NCBI GenBank assembly: GCA_902761715.1
Contig: CACWLK010000008.1
Coordinates: 8,307-72,306 of the forward strand
Direction of reading: 5' to 3'
Source: an uncultured Rhodospirillales bacterium
Lineage (GTDB): Bacteria > Pseudomonadota > Alphaproteobacteria > RF32 > CAG-239
DNA length: 64,000 bases
In this document: positions 18,345 through 27,046 of the stretch, in pieces
Position numbering within the stretch: position 1 is the first letter of the stretch
Layout of the letters: every line of letters starts with the position of its first letter
Position numbers and translations under genes: made by a program
The notes under the pieces: generated by a model
Seen by the model: the letters and a program-made list of their open reading frames with translations, nothing else
Database searches by the model: none
What the model was told of the DNA's origin: nothing

Positions 18345-18695
18345 TCAATGGAGTGCTTCTTTGCCTGTGGATAACTCAGAAATATATGCTGATTTATCAA
18401 GGCTTATGTTGGCAATTTGCAATCCGTCATGCAAAGCCCCTTTACATAGATTGCAAACGTTAGTTCGTAATTTTTGAGAATCGTCTTCCATTTCTGCCAT
18501 AAGAGTTATTTCTTTACATGTGGTTTCATACCTTATTATTAGTTGGTATATACCATATAATATATTAAATACATATATAGCCTGTGAGCTATTGAGATCA
18601 GATTGCATCATCTTATCAATCAGTTGCCACAGATTATCACGTTCATGTTGCGGAAACACAGTGCGTAAGCTACTTTTTATGATATTTTGAGTCAT
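18345..18695 (-). CDS. hypothetical protein (116 aa)
   Basis: ORF with its own AT-rich upstream region containing palindromes at 18712-18732 and 18766-18780. Confidence 0.45.
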   Translation of the reverse strand: MTQNIIKSSLRTVFPQHERDNLWQLIDKMMQSDLNSSQAIYVFNILYGIYQLIIRYETTCKEITLMAEMEDDSQKLRTNVCNLCKGALHDGLQIANISLDKSAYISELSTGKEALH

Positions 18696-18786
18696 TTTCT
18701 TCCTCTACATAATATCAATTAAAAATTGATATATTTATAAATATACAATTAAAAAAAGAATGTCAACAATATAATATTGTATGTAT

Positions 18787-19278
18787 TTAAAATTTAATTT
18801 TGAAAGCTGTATAATGGTCAATCAGGCGGTCAAGACCTCGACAGAGATCCCAACAAAAGAGATATTTAAGTTCTGTGCGGCGACGTGCAGGGATATCAAC
18901 CGGCGGTTGAGGTAAGATATTTTCAATGCAAACTTGCCGAACTGCTGACCAAAATTCATGCGGTATTGATTTGACTGCCGTAAGATATCGACTGCGAAAA
19001 TATTCCACAGACGGTGAGGCTCGCCCCGATTGCTGATCTACTTTGTCATTTTTCCAAAAAGAACTTATGGTATTAAAATGAGATTTTTCATAATCCGAGG
19101 ACAATTTATTTGCTGCCCGTAAACGATCTTCTTCACAATAACGTTTGTTCCCATAGCTGAGCCGACCTTTATAGAATAGTTGCTCGATTGCCGTAAGCTT
19201 TACCACACCTGCGGAAGTACGAACAAACCCTTGCGCTTCGGCTTTGGCTTTATCTATATATTTTGTATTATCTGACAT
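18787..19278 (-). CDS. early-region protein (163 aa), divergent from the repressor
   Basis: Start ATG 19278 (AGGAGG upstream). Occupies the Cro/antirepressor position opposite the cI-like gene. Confidence 0.5.
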   Translation of the reverse strand: MSDNTKYIDKAKAEAQGFVRTSAGVVKLTAIEQLFYKGRLSYGNKRYCEEDRLRAANKLSSDYEKSHFNTISSFWKNDKVDQQSGRASPSVEYFRSRYLTAVKSIPHEFWSAVRQVCIENILPQPPVDIPARRRTELKYLFCWDLCRGLDRLIDHYTAFKIKF

Positions 19279-19301
19279 ATTGTGCCTCCTACAACAAAAA
19301 A

Positions 19302-19368
19302 TACATTTTGTGTAATAATAGTCAATACAGATTATGTATTTTATACCCAACTTTTTACAATTATTGTA
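19302..19368. promoter_or_regulatory. three putative operator sites, TACA-N5-TGTA
   Basis: The sites are TACAttttgTGTA (19302-19314), TACAgattaTGTA (19326-19338) and TACAattatTGTA (19356-19368). All lie in the divergent intergenic region. A candidate rightward promoter (TTGCTT, 17 nt, TATATT) sits at ~19376-19404. Confidence 0.5.
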
Positions 19369-19433
19369 ACTTTTTCTTGCTTTTACGCAGGCATTGACAT
19401 ATATTTGAAGACAGGATCAAAAGTATCACGGAA

Positions 19434-20105
19434 ATGGTTATGCAAAATTGGGAATGGTTAAGAGAGCGTATGCGCAAACTCGGCATTAGTCAAAAAGATG
19501 CCGCAGAGGCTTTGCAGTGGCAAAAGACACGAATTTCAGAACTACTGTGCGGCAAACGAGATTTGCCGGTAGATAAAGTTTTTCTTGCAGCACGCTTTTT
19601 TAATCTGGATTTGGAGCAATTAACAAAATACAACTCCGGTTTTTCGGATAAAATCCCGCAAGAACCTAACAAATTGCCTAAAAGCGTGGAACAGACAAAG
19701 ATTGCATTTATTGATGTAGTAGATGCTTCTGCCGCAAAAGGTCGCGGGCTTAATACTCCGCCGGTTGCCAAACAACCAATTAATGACGATGTTCTAAAAC
19801 TAATCCCCTCATTAAAAGGCAAAAAACTAAAACTGCTGATTGCCAGCGGTGATGCTATGAGCCCGACAATAAATGACCGAGATATTGTGCTGATTGATGT
19901 AAATATTAAAAGACCAAATAAGGACGGGATGTACCTGTTTGATTTGCAAGGTGAACTGTTTATTAAACGAGTGGTGTTTAATGAGTTTGAGAAAAGCGCA
20001 CAAATAATCTCTGATAATCCACTCTATCCGCCGATTAAGGTTAATGACCTGAGCAAATTGCATTGCTTGGGTAAGATTGGTGCAGTGTGCAAAATGTTTT
20101 TCTAA
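19434..20105 (+). CDS. cI/LexA-type repressor (XRE HTH plus S24 peptidase domain)
   Basis: N-terminal HTH (LGISQKDAAEALQWQKTRISELL). The C-terminal domain has the Ser motif GDAMSPTI and Lys motif ELFIKRV typical of the S24 family. Confidence 0.85.
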   Translation: MVMQNWEWLRERMRKLGISQKDAAEALQWQKTRISELLCGKRDLPVDKVFLAARFFNLDLEQLTKYNSGFSDKIPQEPNKLPKSVEQTKIAFIDVVDASAAKGRGLNTPPVAKQPINDDVLKLIPSLKGKKLKLLIASGDAMSPTINDRDIVLIDVNIKRPNKDGMYLFDLQGELFIKRVVFNEFEKSAQIISDNPLYPPIKVNDLSKLHCLGKIGAVCKMFF

Positions 20106-20785
20106 TCATCGTAACCGATGTTGAGCTCCAACGGGGCATCACTTGCTTGTAAGCGACGAGCAAAATCATCAATTTCAGGTCCCATATCAATGCCCCACGG
20201 AGAGCTATGATAGTTGCCGCCGTGAATTACTAAGCCACGCCGATTTTTAATATCGGTACCGGCTTTTGGAACAAGCCAAATTCGATAGTTTCCCCAAATG
20301 TTTTTACCGCCGGGCCAATCTCCTCTGCCCCACCAGCCTTTGACTTTGTTCATCAGACCTTGATCAGCGTAACTTTGCAGTGTTTTAGGACCGACCATCC
20401 AAATTCCGGCAGGAATGCGGCTACTGTCCTCGCCACGCTCGGCTTCAAAAATTTTGAACTGGTGATAACGGTTGTATTCTGATACATGCATATTGGCAAT
20501 TGAAACAACAGCAACGCAAATTGCAACAACAGCGGCACGTTTAAAATCAGACTTACGGCAATGCCAAACATAGAACATGGCACCCGATAAAAGCAAAATA
20601 TAAAAAAGATTAAACCACAAGAAAAAGCTGGGAGATGAATAAAGACGTCCCCACTGAGGGTATCCCCAATAGAAAAAACGATCCATAAAATATTCGCTTA
20701 TCAAGCTCTCTAGCAAAACCAGAATGTAAAAAACATTCCAAATGCAACATACTGCGAACAGCTGATCGGGCAGCTTTTTAGTCAT
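20102..20785 (-). CDS. membrane protein with periplasmic C-terminal domain
   Basis: Three N-terminal TM helices. The C-terminal segment ...RRGLVIHGGNYHSSPWGIDMG... is loosely YkuD/DUF2778-like but has no Cys. Translationally coupled (ATGA) to the upstream gene. Confidence 0.5.
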   Translation of the reverse strand: MTKKLPDQLFAVCCIWNVFYILVLLESLISEYFMDRFFYWGYPQWGRLYSSPSFFLWFNLFYILLLSGAMFYVWHCRKSDFKRAAVVAICVAVVSIANMHVSEYNRYHQFKIFEAERGEDSSRIPAGIWMVGPKTLQSYADQGLMNKVKGWWGRGDWPGGKNIWGNYRIWLVPKAGTDIKNRRGLVIHGGNYHSSPWGIDMGPEIDDFARRLQASDAPLELNIGYDD

Positions 20786-21510
20786 TTATCTATCTCCAGA
20801 AAAAAGTATTCATAAGTTTTGGCCAAAATTATGTTGAAATATACAATAACTACCGAACCGAGAAAAATTATCAGCCAGCTGTTACCGGATAACACGGAAT
20901 CAAGTGCTTCAACAAGAGAAAATAATACACTGAATAAAGCGCTGATTGCCAGGAACTTACAATAGTTGCCTTTGGTACGGCCAAAAGCGGTGGAAAGCAA
21001 GCCACTACGACCTATGAGTGAACCAATCCATGCCATCATCGGACGATAAAAAATAAACGGAGATATGATAGTCATGATAATGCTAGCAACGATGTTGATA
21101 GTTGCGGTGTCTTCAGTATATTTTTGCAAATGATCAACATAACTGTCAACCCATGGGCTGTTTACGCTGATAAAAGGAATTAAAAACGGGATTGAGACAA
21201 TCAGTATAGTTATGAGCATACTCAACACCAAAATGCGGGTTGACGGTAATAAAGTATCAAAAATCATCGTCGTCATAACATATGGCTTACGCCCGAAATA
21301 AAAACGGAAGAAAAAGCACCAAAACATATAATAGGGGACAATCCACAATAAAAATAATTTATCGTGCCAACCGTTTATAAACTTAAAGCCTACAATCAGA
21401 AGCAGTATATGTACTACGGTAAACAGAGAAAGTTCGTGCCATTTGCGCAAACTGTATTTGATTGAATTGATAAACAATCGTTTGAGTGAAATAGTGTTGT
21501 TCTCTGCCAT
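20782..21510 (-). CDS. polytopic membrane protein (242 aa)
   Basis: Multiple hydrophobic helices. Starts 12 nt downstream of tolA. Confidence 0.5.
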   Translation of the reverse strand: MAENNTISLKRLFINSIKYSLRKWHELSLFTVVHILLLIVGFKFINGWHDKLFLLWIVPYYMFWCFFFRFYFGRKPYVMTTMIFDTLLPSTRILVLSMLITILIVSIPFLIPFISVNSPWVDSYVDHLQKYTEDTATINIVASIIMTIISPFIFYRPMMAWIGSLIGRSGLLSTAFGRTKGNYCKFLAISALFSVLFSLVEALDSVLSGNSWLIIFLGSVVIVYFNIILAKTYEYFFLEIDK

Positions 21511-21522
21511 TGTTTTTTCCTG

Positions 21523-22479
21523 TTAGTTTACGGTGTGGCTCATCGGGTTAAAGCGTAACAACATAGTCTTCCACATATCGTATTTATGCGGATATTTCTC
21601 AGCCAAAATGTTGTATGGCTGGCATACATAGACAGCACGACGTGCGCTATCCGCAACCGAGTGGAAGTGTCTATCGCTGTTGTAGCGTCCCTTATCCAAA
21701 ATATCGACATCACGAACCGAACCGTCTTTGTTCAGATGAGCGCGGATTTCGATAACCATATCTTCAATACCCATAGCTCCGGGGTCAAGGTTCCAACAAG
21801 CACGGAGACGACCGGCGATAGCATCAGCCTCAGAAATGGATAAATCGCTGAAATATGATCCTCCGACACCACCGGCAATTCCCATATTGTTGACTTGAGT
21901 ACCCGTTTTGATGGTGGCATTTGCAGTTTGCTCGCCGAGTTTTTTCTCCATATTATCGACAGATGCCAGCAAGTCTTTTAACGGGTTGTCAAGTACCGGT
22001 TGGTTTTTCGGAGCCGGCTTTTTAGGTTCCGGAGTTTGCTTCGGAGGTGTTGGCTTTTTGGGTTGTGGCGGAGGTGTCGGGCGTTTGGGCTCCGGCTTTT
22101 TCTCCGGCAATTTCGGTTTGCTCGGTTGAGGCGGAACAATAAAGTCCTGTGTCGGTTCTACCGGTGTTTCATCTTCAGGAACATCTTCCGTTTCTTGAGT
22201 GTCATCGGCTTCGTTAGGTTTCATCTCTTGAGGAGGAGTTTCGTCCTTGGCGTGGATTTCCTCAATCTTTTCGCGAGTTGCAGGACTGTCTTGGTCTGCA
22301 AACTCGGCTTTGGTCGGCAGATTGGTTATTTCAGAAATTTTGACGTCATTCAAATCAACAATAATCGGCACCTGATCAAGTGTCATATTTTTACGCCATA
22401 ACCACGACATATCAATCGTCACCAACAAAAGGGCGATTCCGTGTAATGCTAGCGATTTGTATATGGACGACTTTCTCAC
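21523..22479 (-). CDS. tolA: TolA (TonB-family energy transducer)
   Basis: N-terminal TM, a Pro/Lys/Glu-rich linker (PKLPEKKPEPKRPTPPPQPKKP...) and a C-terminal TonB/TolA-type domain. Follows tolQ-tolR. Confidence 0.7.
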   Translation of the reverse strand: MRKSSIYKSLALHGIALLLVTIDMSWLWRKNMTLDQVPIIVDLNDVKISEITNLPTKAEFADQDSPATREKIEEIHAKDETPPQEMKPNEADDTQETEDVPEDETPVEPTQDFIVPPQPSKPKLPEKKPEPKRPTPPPQPKKPTPPKQTPEPKKPAPKNQPVLDNPLKDLLASVDNMEKKLGEQTANATIKTGTQVNNMGIAGGVGGSYFSDLSISEADAIAGRLRACWNLDPGAMGIEDMVIEIRAHLNKDGSVRDVDILDKGRYNSDRHFHSVADSARRAVYVCQPYNILAEKYPHKYDMWKTMLLRFNPMSHTVN

Positions 22480-22485
22480 AGTTAG

Positions 22486-22935
22486 TTACTTCTTTTCTTG
22501 TTTTGATTGATTCGGTGCGGGATCTGTTTTTAACCCTACTCTTTCAAAGCCGGCATTTTTCAACAATGCCATAAGCCCCAAAACACGACCATATTGAGCA
22601 TCGGTATCGCCGGAAATTATAACGCTGATTTCGGGATTTGCCTCTCGTACCGCCTGAACTTTGGCAACGATTTCATCGGCAGGAATTTCCTCTTTGCCGA
22701 TGTAGTAATAGCCGTTTTCATCAACGCTGATGTTAAGTGATGTTTCTTTGCCGGTAAGATTTTTACCGCCGACCTTAGGCAAATCGAGTGCAATGCCTGA
22801 AGTCATGAGCGGAGCGGCAACCATAAACACCACCAACAGCACCATCATTACATCCATCAGATTGGTAATGTTAATATCTGCATTACGACGGCTGGAGCGA
22901 CGAGAAGAACGTGTTTTTGTTTGCAATTGAACCAT
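22486..22935 (-). CDS. tolR: TolR/ExbD family protein
   Basis: INITNLMDVMMVLLVVFMV TM region followed by the ExbD fold pattern. Operon context. Confidence 0.85.
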   Translation of the reverse strand: MVQLQTKTRSSRRSSRRNADINITNLMDVMMVLLVVFMVAAPLMTSGIALDLPKVGGKNLTGKETSLNISVDENGYYYIGKEEIPADEIVAKVQAVREANPEISVIISGDTDAQYGRVLGLMALLKNAGFERVGLKTDPAPNQSKQEKK

Positions 22936-22937
22936 TA

Positions 22938-23681
22938 TTACTCACCTGCCATATCGGCTCTGATTGTTGTATCATCAATTTCGCGAGAAAGAATGCTCGA
23001 AAATTCAGCAGCAAAATTCTCTAAACGGTTGGCGTAGCGGTCAATATCCGAAGAAATTTTGTTATAGGCAACAACCGCCGGAATAGCCGCAATCAAACCA
23101 AATGCCGTTGTAAACAAAGCCTCGGCAATACCGGGGGCAATAGCTGACAAAGAGTTGCTTTGAGTGGCGGCAATAGCGTTAAAGCTGTTGATAATTCCCC
23201 ATACGGTACCGAACAAGCCGACCAATGGTGCAACCGAACCGGTTGAAGCCAAAAAGCCCATACGGGTATCAAGACTGTCAATTTCTTTGTCCATTGACAC
23301 AGCCATAGCTTTTTCAATACGTTGTTGGAGAGAAACACCGCGCAAACCACGATCAGTCTTAGATTTCATGATATTGGTACGCTTCCACTCACGCATGGCA
23401 GCCATAAACATAGCCGACATAGGGTCAGCAGGACGATTGCCGATACTGTCATACAGTTTATCAAGCGAACCACCTGACCAAAACTTTGATTCAAAACTGC
23501 GGGAACGTTGTTTGACTTCACGCAAGGTGGCAAGTTTGTCAATGATGATGGCCCATGACCATATTGATGCCAAAATCAGACCAATCATTACGACCTTGGT
23601 AACTGTGTCAGAGCTCCAAACCATGCTCCACATTGACATTGAGCTGCCGTCGGCAACATCTGCTAAAGTTTGTGTATCCAT
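22938..23681 (-). CDS. tolQ: TolQ/ExbB (MotA family proton channel)
   Basis: Three TM helices. Conserved ...APLVGLFGTVWGIINSF... and ...IAEALFTTAFGLIAAIPA... motifs. Confidence 0.85.
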   Translation of the reverse strand: MDTQTLADVADGSSMSMWSMVWSSDTVTKVVMIGLILASIWSWAIIIDKLATLREVKQRSRSFESKFWSGGSLDKLYDSIGNRPADPMSAMFMAAMREWKRTNIMKSKTDRGLRGVSLQQRIEKAMAVSMDKEIDSLDTRMGFLASTGSVAPLVGLFGTVWGIINSFNAIAATQSNSLSAIAPGIAEALFTTAFGLIAAIPAVVAYNKISSDIDRYANRLENFAAEFSSILSREIDDTTIRADMAGE

Positions 23682-23780
23682 TTTTACCTCGTTTGTTTGT
23701 ATACAAGCAATATTTTAGTGTAAGCTATACTAAATTCCTAAAGAATCAATTAATTTATTATAAAAAATGACAACTAAAAT

Positions 23781-24218
23781 CTATTTTTTAAACAGATTTT
23801 TCAGCTTTTCCGGAATGCGGGACGGACGTTTGTTTTTGAGTGTGATATAAACCACTTTTACATCAACAACCGCCAAAACGGTATCGTCTCGGGTGATTTC
23901 CTGATGTATAGTACAAGAAGCACCGCCCATTTCCGTGATTTTACAAGAAATACACAGTAAATCATCAAGTACGGCCGGTGAGCGATAATCAATCTCACAA
24001 TGACGAACAACAAAACCGGCACGGTCATCGGCTTCCAAACCGGACTGTTGATTAAAGTCCAATGCTCGCAAAAATTCGGTGCGGGCTCGCTCGGCAAATT
24101 TGAGATAGTTGGCATAATATACTATACCACCGGCATCGGTATCCTCATAATAAACACGAGCCGGAAAATAAAACACACCATCAATAAACTGACCTTGCGG
24201 AGCGGAAATAAAAGACAT
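23781..24218 (-). CDS. ybgC: YbgC/4-hydroxybenzoyl-CoA thioesterase family protein
   Basis: RVYYEDTDAGGIVYYANYLKFAERAR hotdog-fold motif. Lies upstream of tolQ. Confidence 0.8.
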   Translation of the reverse strand: MSFISAPQGQFIDGVFYFPARVYYEDTDAGGIVYYANYLKFAERARTEFLRALDFNQQSGLEADDRAGFVVRHCEIDYRSPAVLDDLLCISCKITEMGGASCTIHQEITRDDTVLAVVDVKVVYITLKNKRPSRIPEKLKNLFKK

Positions 24219-24229
24219 TTTTAATCTCC

Positions 24230-25279
24230 TTAATCAAACAAGTCGTCTTGTTCGTTGAATTGCTTTATATTTTTGCGAAGTTTGGGAATGCCTAAGTATT
24301 CACATCCCAAATCAGAAATGACACGTCCGCGCGGAGTACGCTGTAAAAAACCAAGTTTTAGCAAAAACGGCTCAATTACTTCCTCGATTGTATCACGCTC
24401 CTCAGATAAAGCGGCTGCCAAAGTATCAGCACCGACCGGACCTCCGCCGTAGTTTTTGGCAATGCAGGTAAGATAGCGTTTGTCAAAAGCATCAAGCCCG
24501 AGTTTATCAACATTCAAGCGTTGCAAGGCTTCATCAGCAATATCACGACCGATATTGCCACCGGAAGCGACCTCGCCAAAGTCGCGGACACGACGCAACA
24601 GGCGACCGGCGACACGAGGAGTGCCACGTGAACGGCAGGCAATTTCGTGTGCTCCCTCGTCGGTCATCGGAACATTAAGCAAACGAGCACCACGCAAAAC
24701 TATTTTTTGCAGATCTTCAGGAGAATAAAAATCAAGCCGCAGAGGAATGCCGAAACGTTCACGCAAAGGTGTCGACAACAAACCGGAACGAGTGGTAGCT
24801 CCGACAAGAGTAAAAGGTTGCAAGTCAATTTTGACCGAACGAGCTGACGGACCTTCACCAATAATCAGGTCAAGCTGAAAATCTTCCATGGCAGAATAAA
24901 GAACTTCTTCAATAGCCGGATTGAGGCGGTGTATTTCATCAATGAACAAGACATCATTAGCCTCCAAATTGGTGAGAATCGCCGCTAAATCACCGGATTT
25001 TGAAATCATCGGGGCTGATGTGGCCTTAAAGTTTACGCCCAACTCTTTAGCAATAATGGAAGCCAGAGTAGTTTTGCCCAATCCCGGAGGACCAAAAAGC
25101 AAAACGTGATCCAGAGCCTCATGGCGCATTTTGGCGGCTTCAATAAAGATTTTAAGATTTTCGCAGACCTGACGCTGACCGACAAACTCACTTAAGGCAT
25201 TCGGGCGCAAATTAATCGGTGCATTGACGATGTTTTCGTCTTCAGGCAGGGCTTTGGGGGTTACAATTCGTTGTTCCAT
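24230..25279 (-). CDS. ruvB: Holliday junction helicase RuvB
   Basis: [14 protein letters not shown] Walker [11 protein letters not shown], and a conserved C-terminal winged helix. Confidence 0.95.
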   Translation of the reverse strand: MEQRIVTPKALPEDENIVNAPINLRPNALSEFVGQRQVCENLKIFIEAAKMRHEALDHVLLFGPPGLGKTTLASIIAKELGVNFKATSAPMISKSGDLAAILTNLEANDVLFIDEIHRLNPAIEEVLYSAMEDFQLDLIIGEGPSARSVKIDLQPFTLVGATTRSGLLSTPLRERFGIPLRLDFYSPEDLQKIVLRGARLLNVPMTDEGAHEIACRSRGTPRVAGRLLRRVRDFGEVASGGNIGRDIADEALQRLNVDKLGLDAFDKRYLTCIAKNYGGGPVGADTLAAALSEERDTIEEVIEPFLLKLGFLQRTPRGRVISDLGCEYLGIPKLRKNIKQFNEQDDLFD

Positions 25280-25282
25280 GTT

Positions 25283-25930
25283 TTACAGCTCCTTTGAGGC
25301 GAATTCTTTAAGCGCCAATTTAATTAAGGTTGAAACATCAGCATCGGGATTTTTGCCGGCAGCAATATTAACCACACGGTAGGCATCAATGCGTTGATAT
25401 CCAAGGTTGGTTAGGGCTGAAATAGCATCTTCAACATTACTTTGCGGAATTTCGGCAACACTCGGGGCAGCAACGTTTTCTTTGTCTTCAAGAGCGGCGG
25501 CATAGTCGGCGGTGTCAGCTCCGATGGGCAGACCGACCATTTTGCCGTTTAATTCGGTAACAATGCGAGCGGCAAGTTTAGGTCCCACACCATTAGCACG
25601 TGAAAAAGAAGCTTTGTCCTGTGCGGATATTGCCTGTGCCAACTGCATCGGGGTTAGTACAGACAGAATGCTTAAGCAAACTTTTGCACCAACGCCCTGC
25701 ACTTTGGTTAGGGTCAAAAACCACTCTTTTTCCAAAGCTGAGGCAAATCCGTAAAGGCTTATACTGTCCTCACGGACAATCGTTTCTATAAACAACACAG
25801 CTTCGGCACCTTTTACCAAACGTGAAAGTGTGCGGGTTGAAACATATACCAAATAACCGACACCGTTGACATCAATAATCACGCTGTCATCGCCAAAACT
25901 GTCGATAATTCCCCTTAATTTAGCAATCAT
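25283..25930 (-). CDS. ruvA: Holliday junction DNA-binding protein RuvA
   Basis: MIAKLRGIIDS...VNGVGY...L..V.GVGAK/GVGPK HhH motifs. Lies upstream of ruvB. Confidence 0.9.
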   Translation of the reverse strand: MIAKLRGIIDSFGDDSVIIDVNGVGYLVYVSTRTLSRLVKGAEAVLFIETIVREDSISLYGFASALEKEWFLTLTKVQGVGAKVCLSILSVLTPMQLAQAISAQDKASFSRANGVGPKLAARIVTELNGKMVGLPIGADTADYAAALEDKENVAAPSVAEIPQSNVEDAISALTNLGYQRIDAYRVVNIAAGKNPDADVSTLIKLALKEFASKEL

Positions 25931-26167
25931 GTGTAATCCTTTGCAATAAAACTGCCTTAAGATTAAACGAAATTAGTCGTGTCGGCAAGTATAATTTGGG
26001 TTATGCAATGCAATAAAACAGCGGGTTTTCAATTAAATATTTCTGATTTGTAATGTTTTGTTATCAAGGCCAAAACACTTTTTAATTGTTTATTAAGAAA
26101 TATGGGGCTAGCATGGGGGCATCCGAAATAAAAATTTCGGTAAGTAAACTATTAAAGGAGATATCTC

Positions 26168-26956
26168 ATGAACTTTAAAACTATGCTTTTAACTACAGCT
26201 GCCGTAACAATGATTGCCGGCGTTGCTAATGCAAAAGATTTTACCGGTTCTTTGTTCTTGCCGGCTAAAGGTGAACTCTTGTCTAACACAAGTATTGATC
26301 ATTCTCGTCTTAAAGATAAATATGCGGGTGTTGAGAAAACATTGGTTGCCGGTGAAGAATTGACCTATGGTGTTACCGACAATTTCTCTATAGTTGGCGC
26401 TATTGCTAATGCATTTGATGATGGCGAATTCTCTAGTAAGAAAAATTTCAACAATGATCACAACTTTGCTTATGAAGTTGGTGCTAAATACAACCACAAC
26501 TTTGGTAAAGTTTTGACACAAGTTGGTTTGGGTTATAGAACATGGCAACCAGAAACTTGGTATGGACATAGAGTTTGGGGAGATTCTGATTGGAGCAAAA
26601 TGATTGAAGCAGAAGTTCAGGTCGGATATGATATGGGCAACGGTTGGGTCCCATATGCTATGTTCACAGCTGATACAGTTGTTGATGAACACCATAGACC
26701 TATTGATTATTCTGCTTTTGTAGGTGTTCATAAGACATTTGATAAATTCGCTGTTGATACTGGTGTACGTTATGACCATGACAAGAATTGGGATGACGAT
26801 TACAATCAATACTTCTGGCAGTTGGAAGCTGACTACTTCTTGACCGACAATGTTGCTTTGGGTATCCATGGTGATTACTTCCTCGGTGGTGATGACACAA
26901 AATGGAAGACAAAGTATGAATATACAATCGGCGCTCAGCTGAAAGTATTGTTCTAG
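26168..26956 (+). CDS. outer-membrane beta-barrel protein (porin-like)
   Basis: Signal peptide ...IAGVANA, alternating amphipathic strands, and a C-terminal ...GAQLKVLF ending in Phe. Confidence 0.7.
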   Translation: MNFKTMLLTTAAVTMIAGVANAKDFTGSLFLPAKGELLSNTSIDHSRLKDKYAGVEKTLVAGEELTYGVTDNFSIVGAIANAFDDGEFSSKKNFNNDHNFAYEVGAKYNHNFGKVLTQVGLGYRTWQPETWYGHRVWGDSDWSKMIEAEVQVGYDMGNGWVPYAMFTADTVVDEHHRPIDYSAFVGVHKTFDKFAVDTGVRYDHDKNWDDDYNQYFWQLEADYFLTDNVALGIHGDYFLGGDDTKWKTKYEYTIGAQLKVLF

Positions 26957-26975
26957 TTCATAATTAGAACCAAAT

Positions 26976-27007
26976 AAAAATCCCCTCAAATTTGAGGGGA
27001 TTTTTTT
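26976..27007. terminator. bidirectional intrinsic terminator
   Basis: AAAAATCCCCTCAAATTTGAGGGGATTTTTTT. Confidence 0.7.
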
Positions 27008-27046
27008 GTTGGTATGTATTGTGCCTGAACTTAGTATATCACAAGT

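Larger units (their letters stand above)
4885..20105. mobile_element. prophage-like cluster (short-tailed virion, lysis cassette, cI-type repressor) lacking integrase and replication modules
   Basis: A contiguous minus-strand block runs TerS, TerL, GroES-like, portal, scaffold, capsid, tail/fibre and lysis genes, plus a divergent HTH-S24 repressor. No tyrosine/serine recombinase, primase, helicase or polymerase ORF is present. Only 74 bp separates it from the host gene on the left, and it overlaps the host gene by 4 nt on the right. Confidence 0.75.

Noticed and set aside
21980-22150. Repetitive GC-rich DNA (GGCTTTTT/GGTTGTGG-like periodicity).
   Set aside because: It encodes the Pro/Lys/Glu-rich linker of TolA on the minus strand. 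This is coding low complexity, not a tandem-repeat element or CRISPR.
26189-26989. 266-aa minus-strand ORF covering the whole OMP gene.
   Set aside because: It is antisense to a well-supported signal-peptide/beta-barrel gene, and its translation is low-complexity with no start context. It is a shadow ORF.
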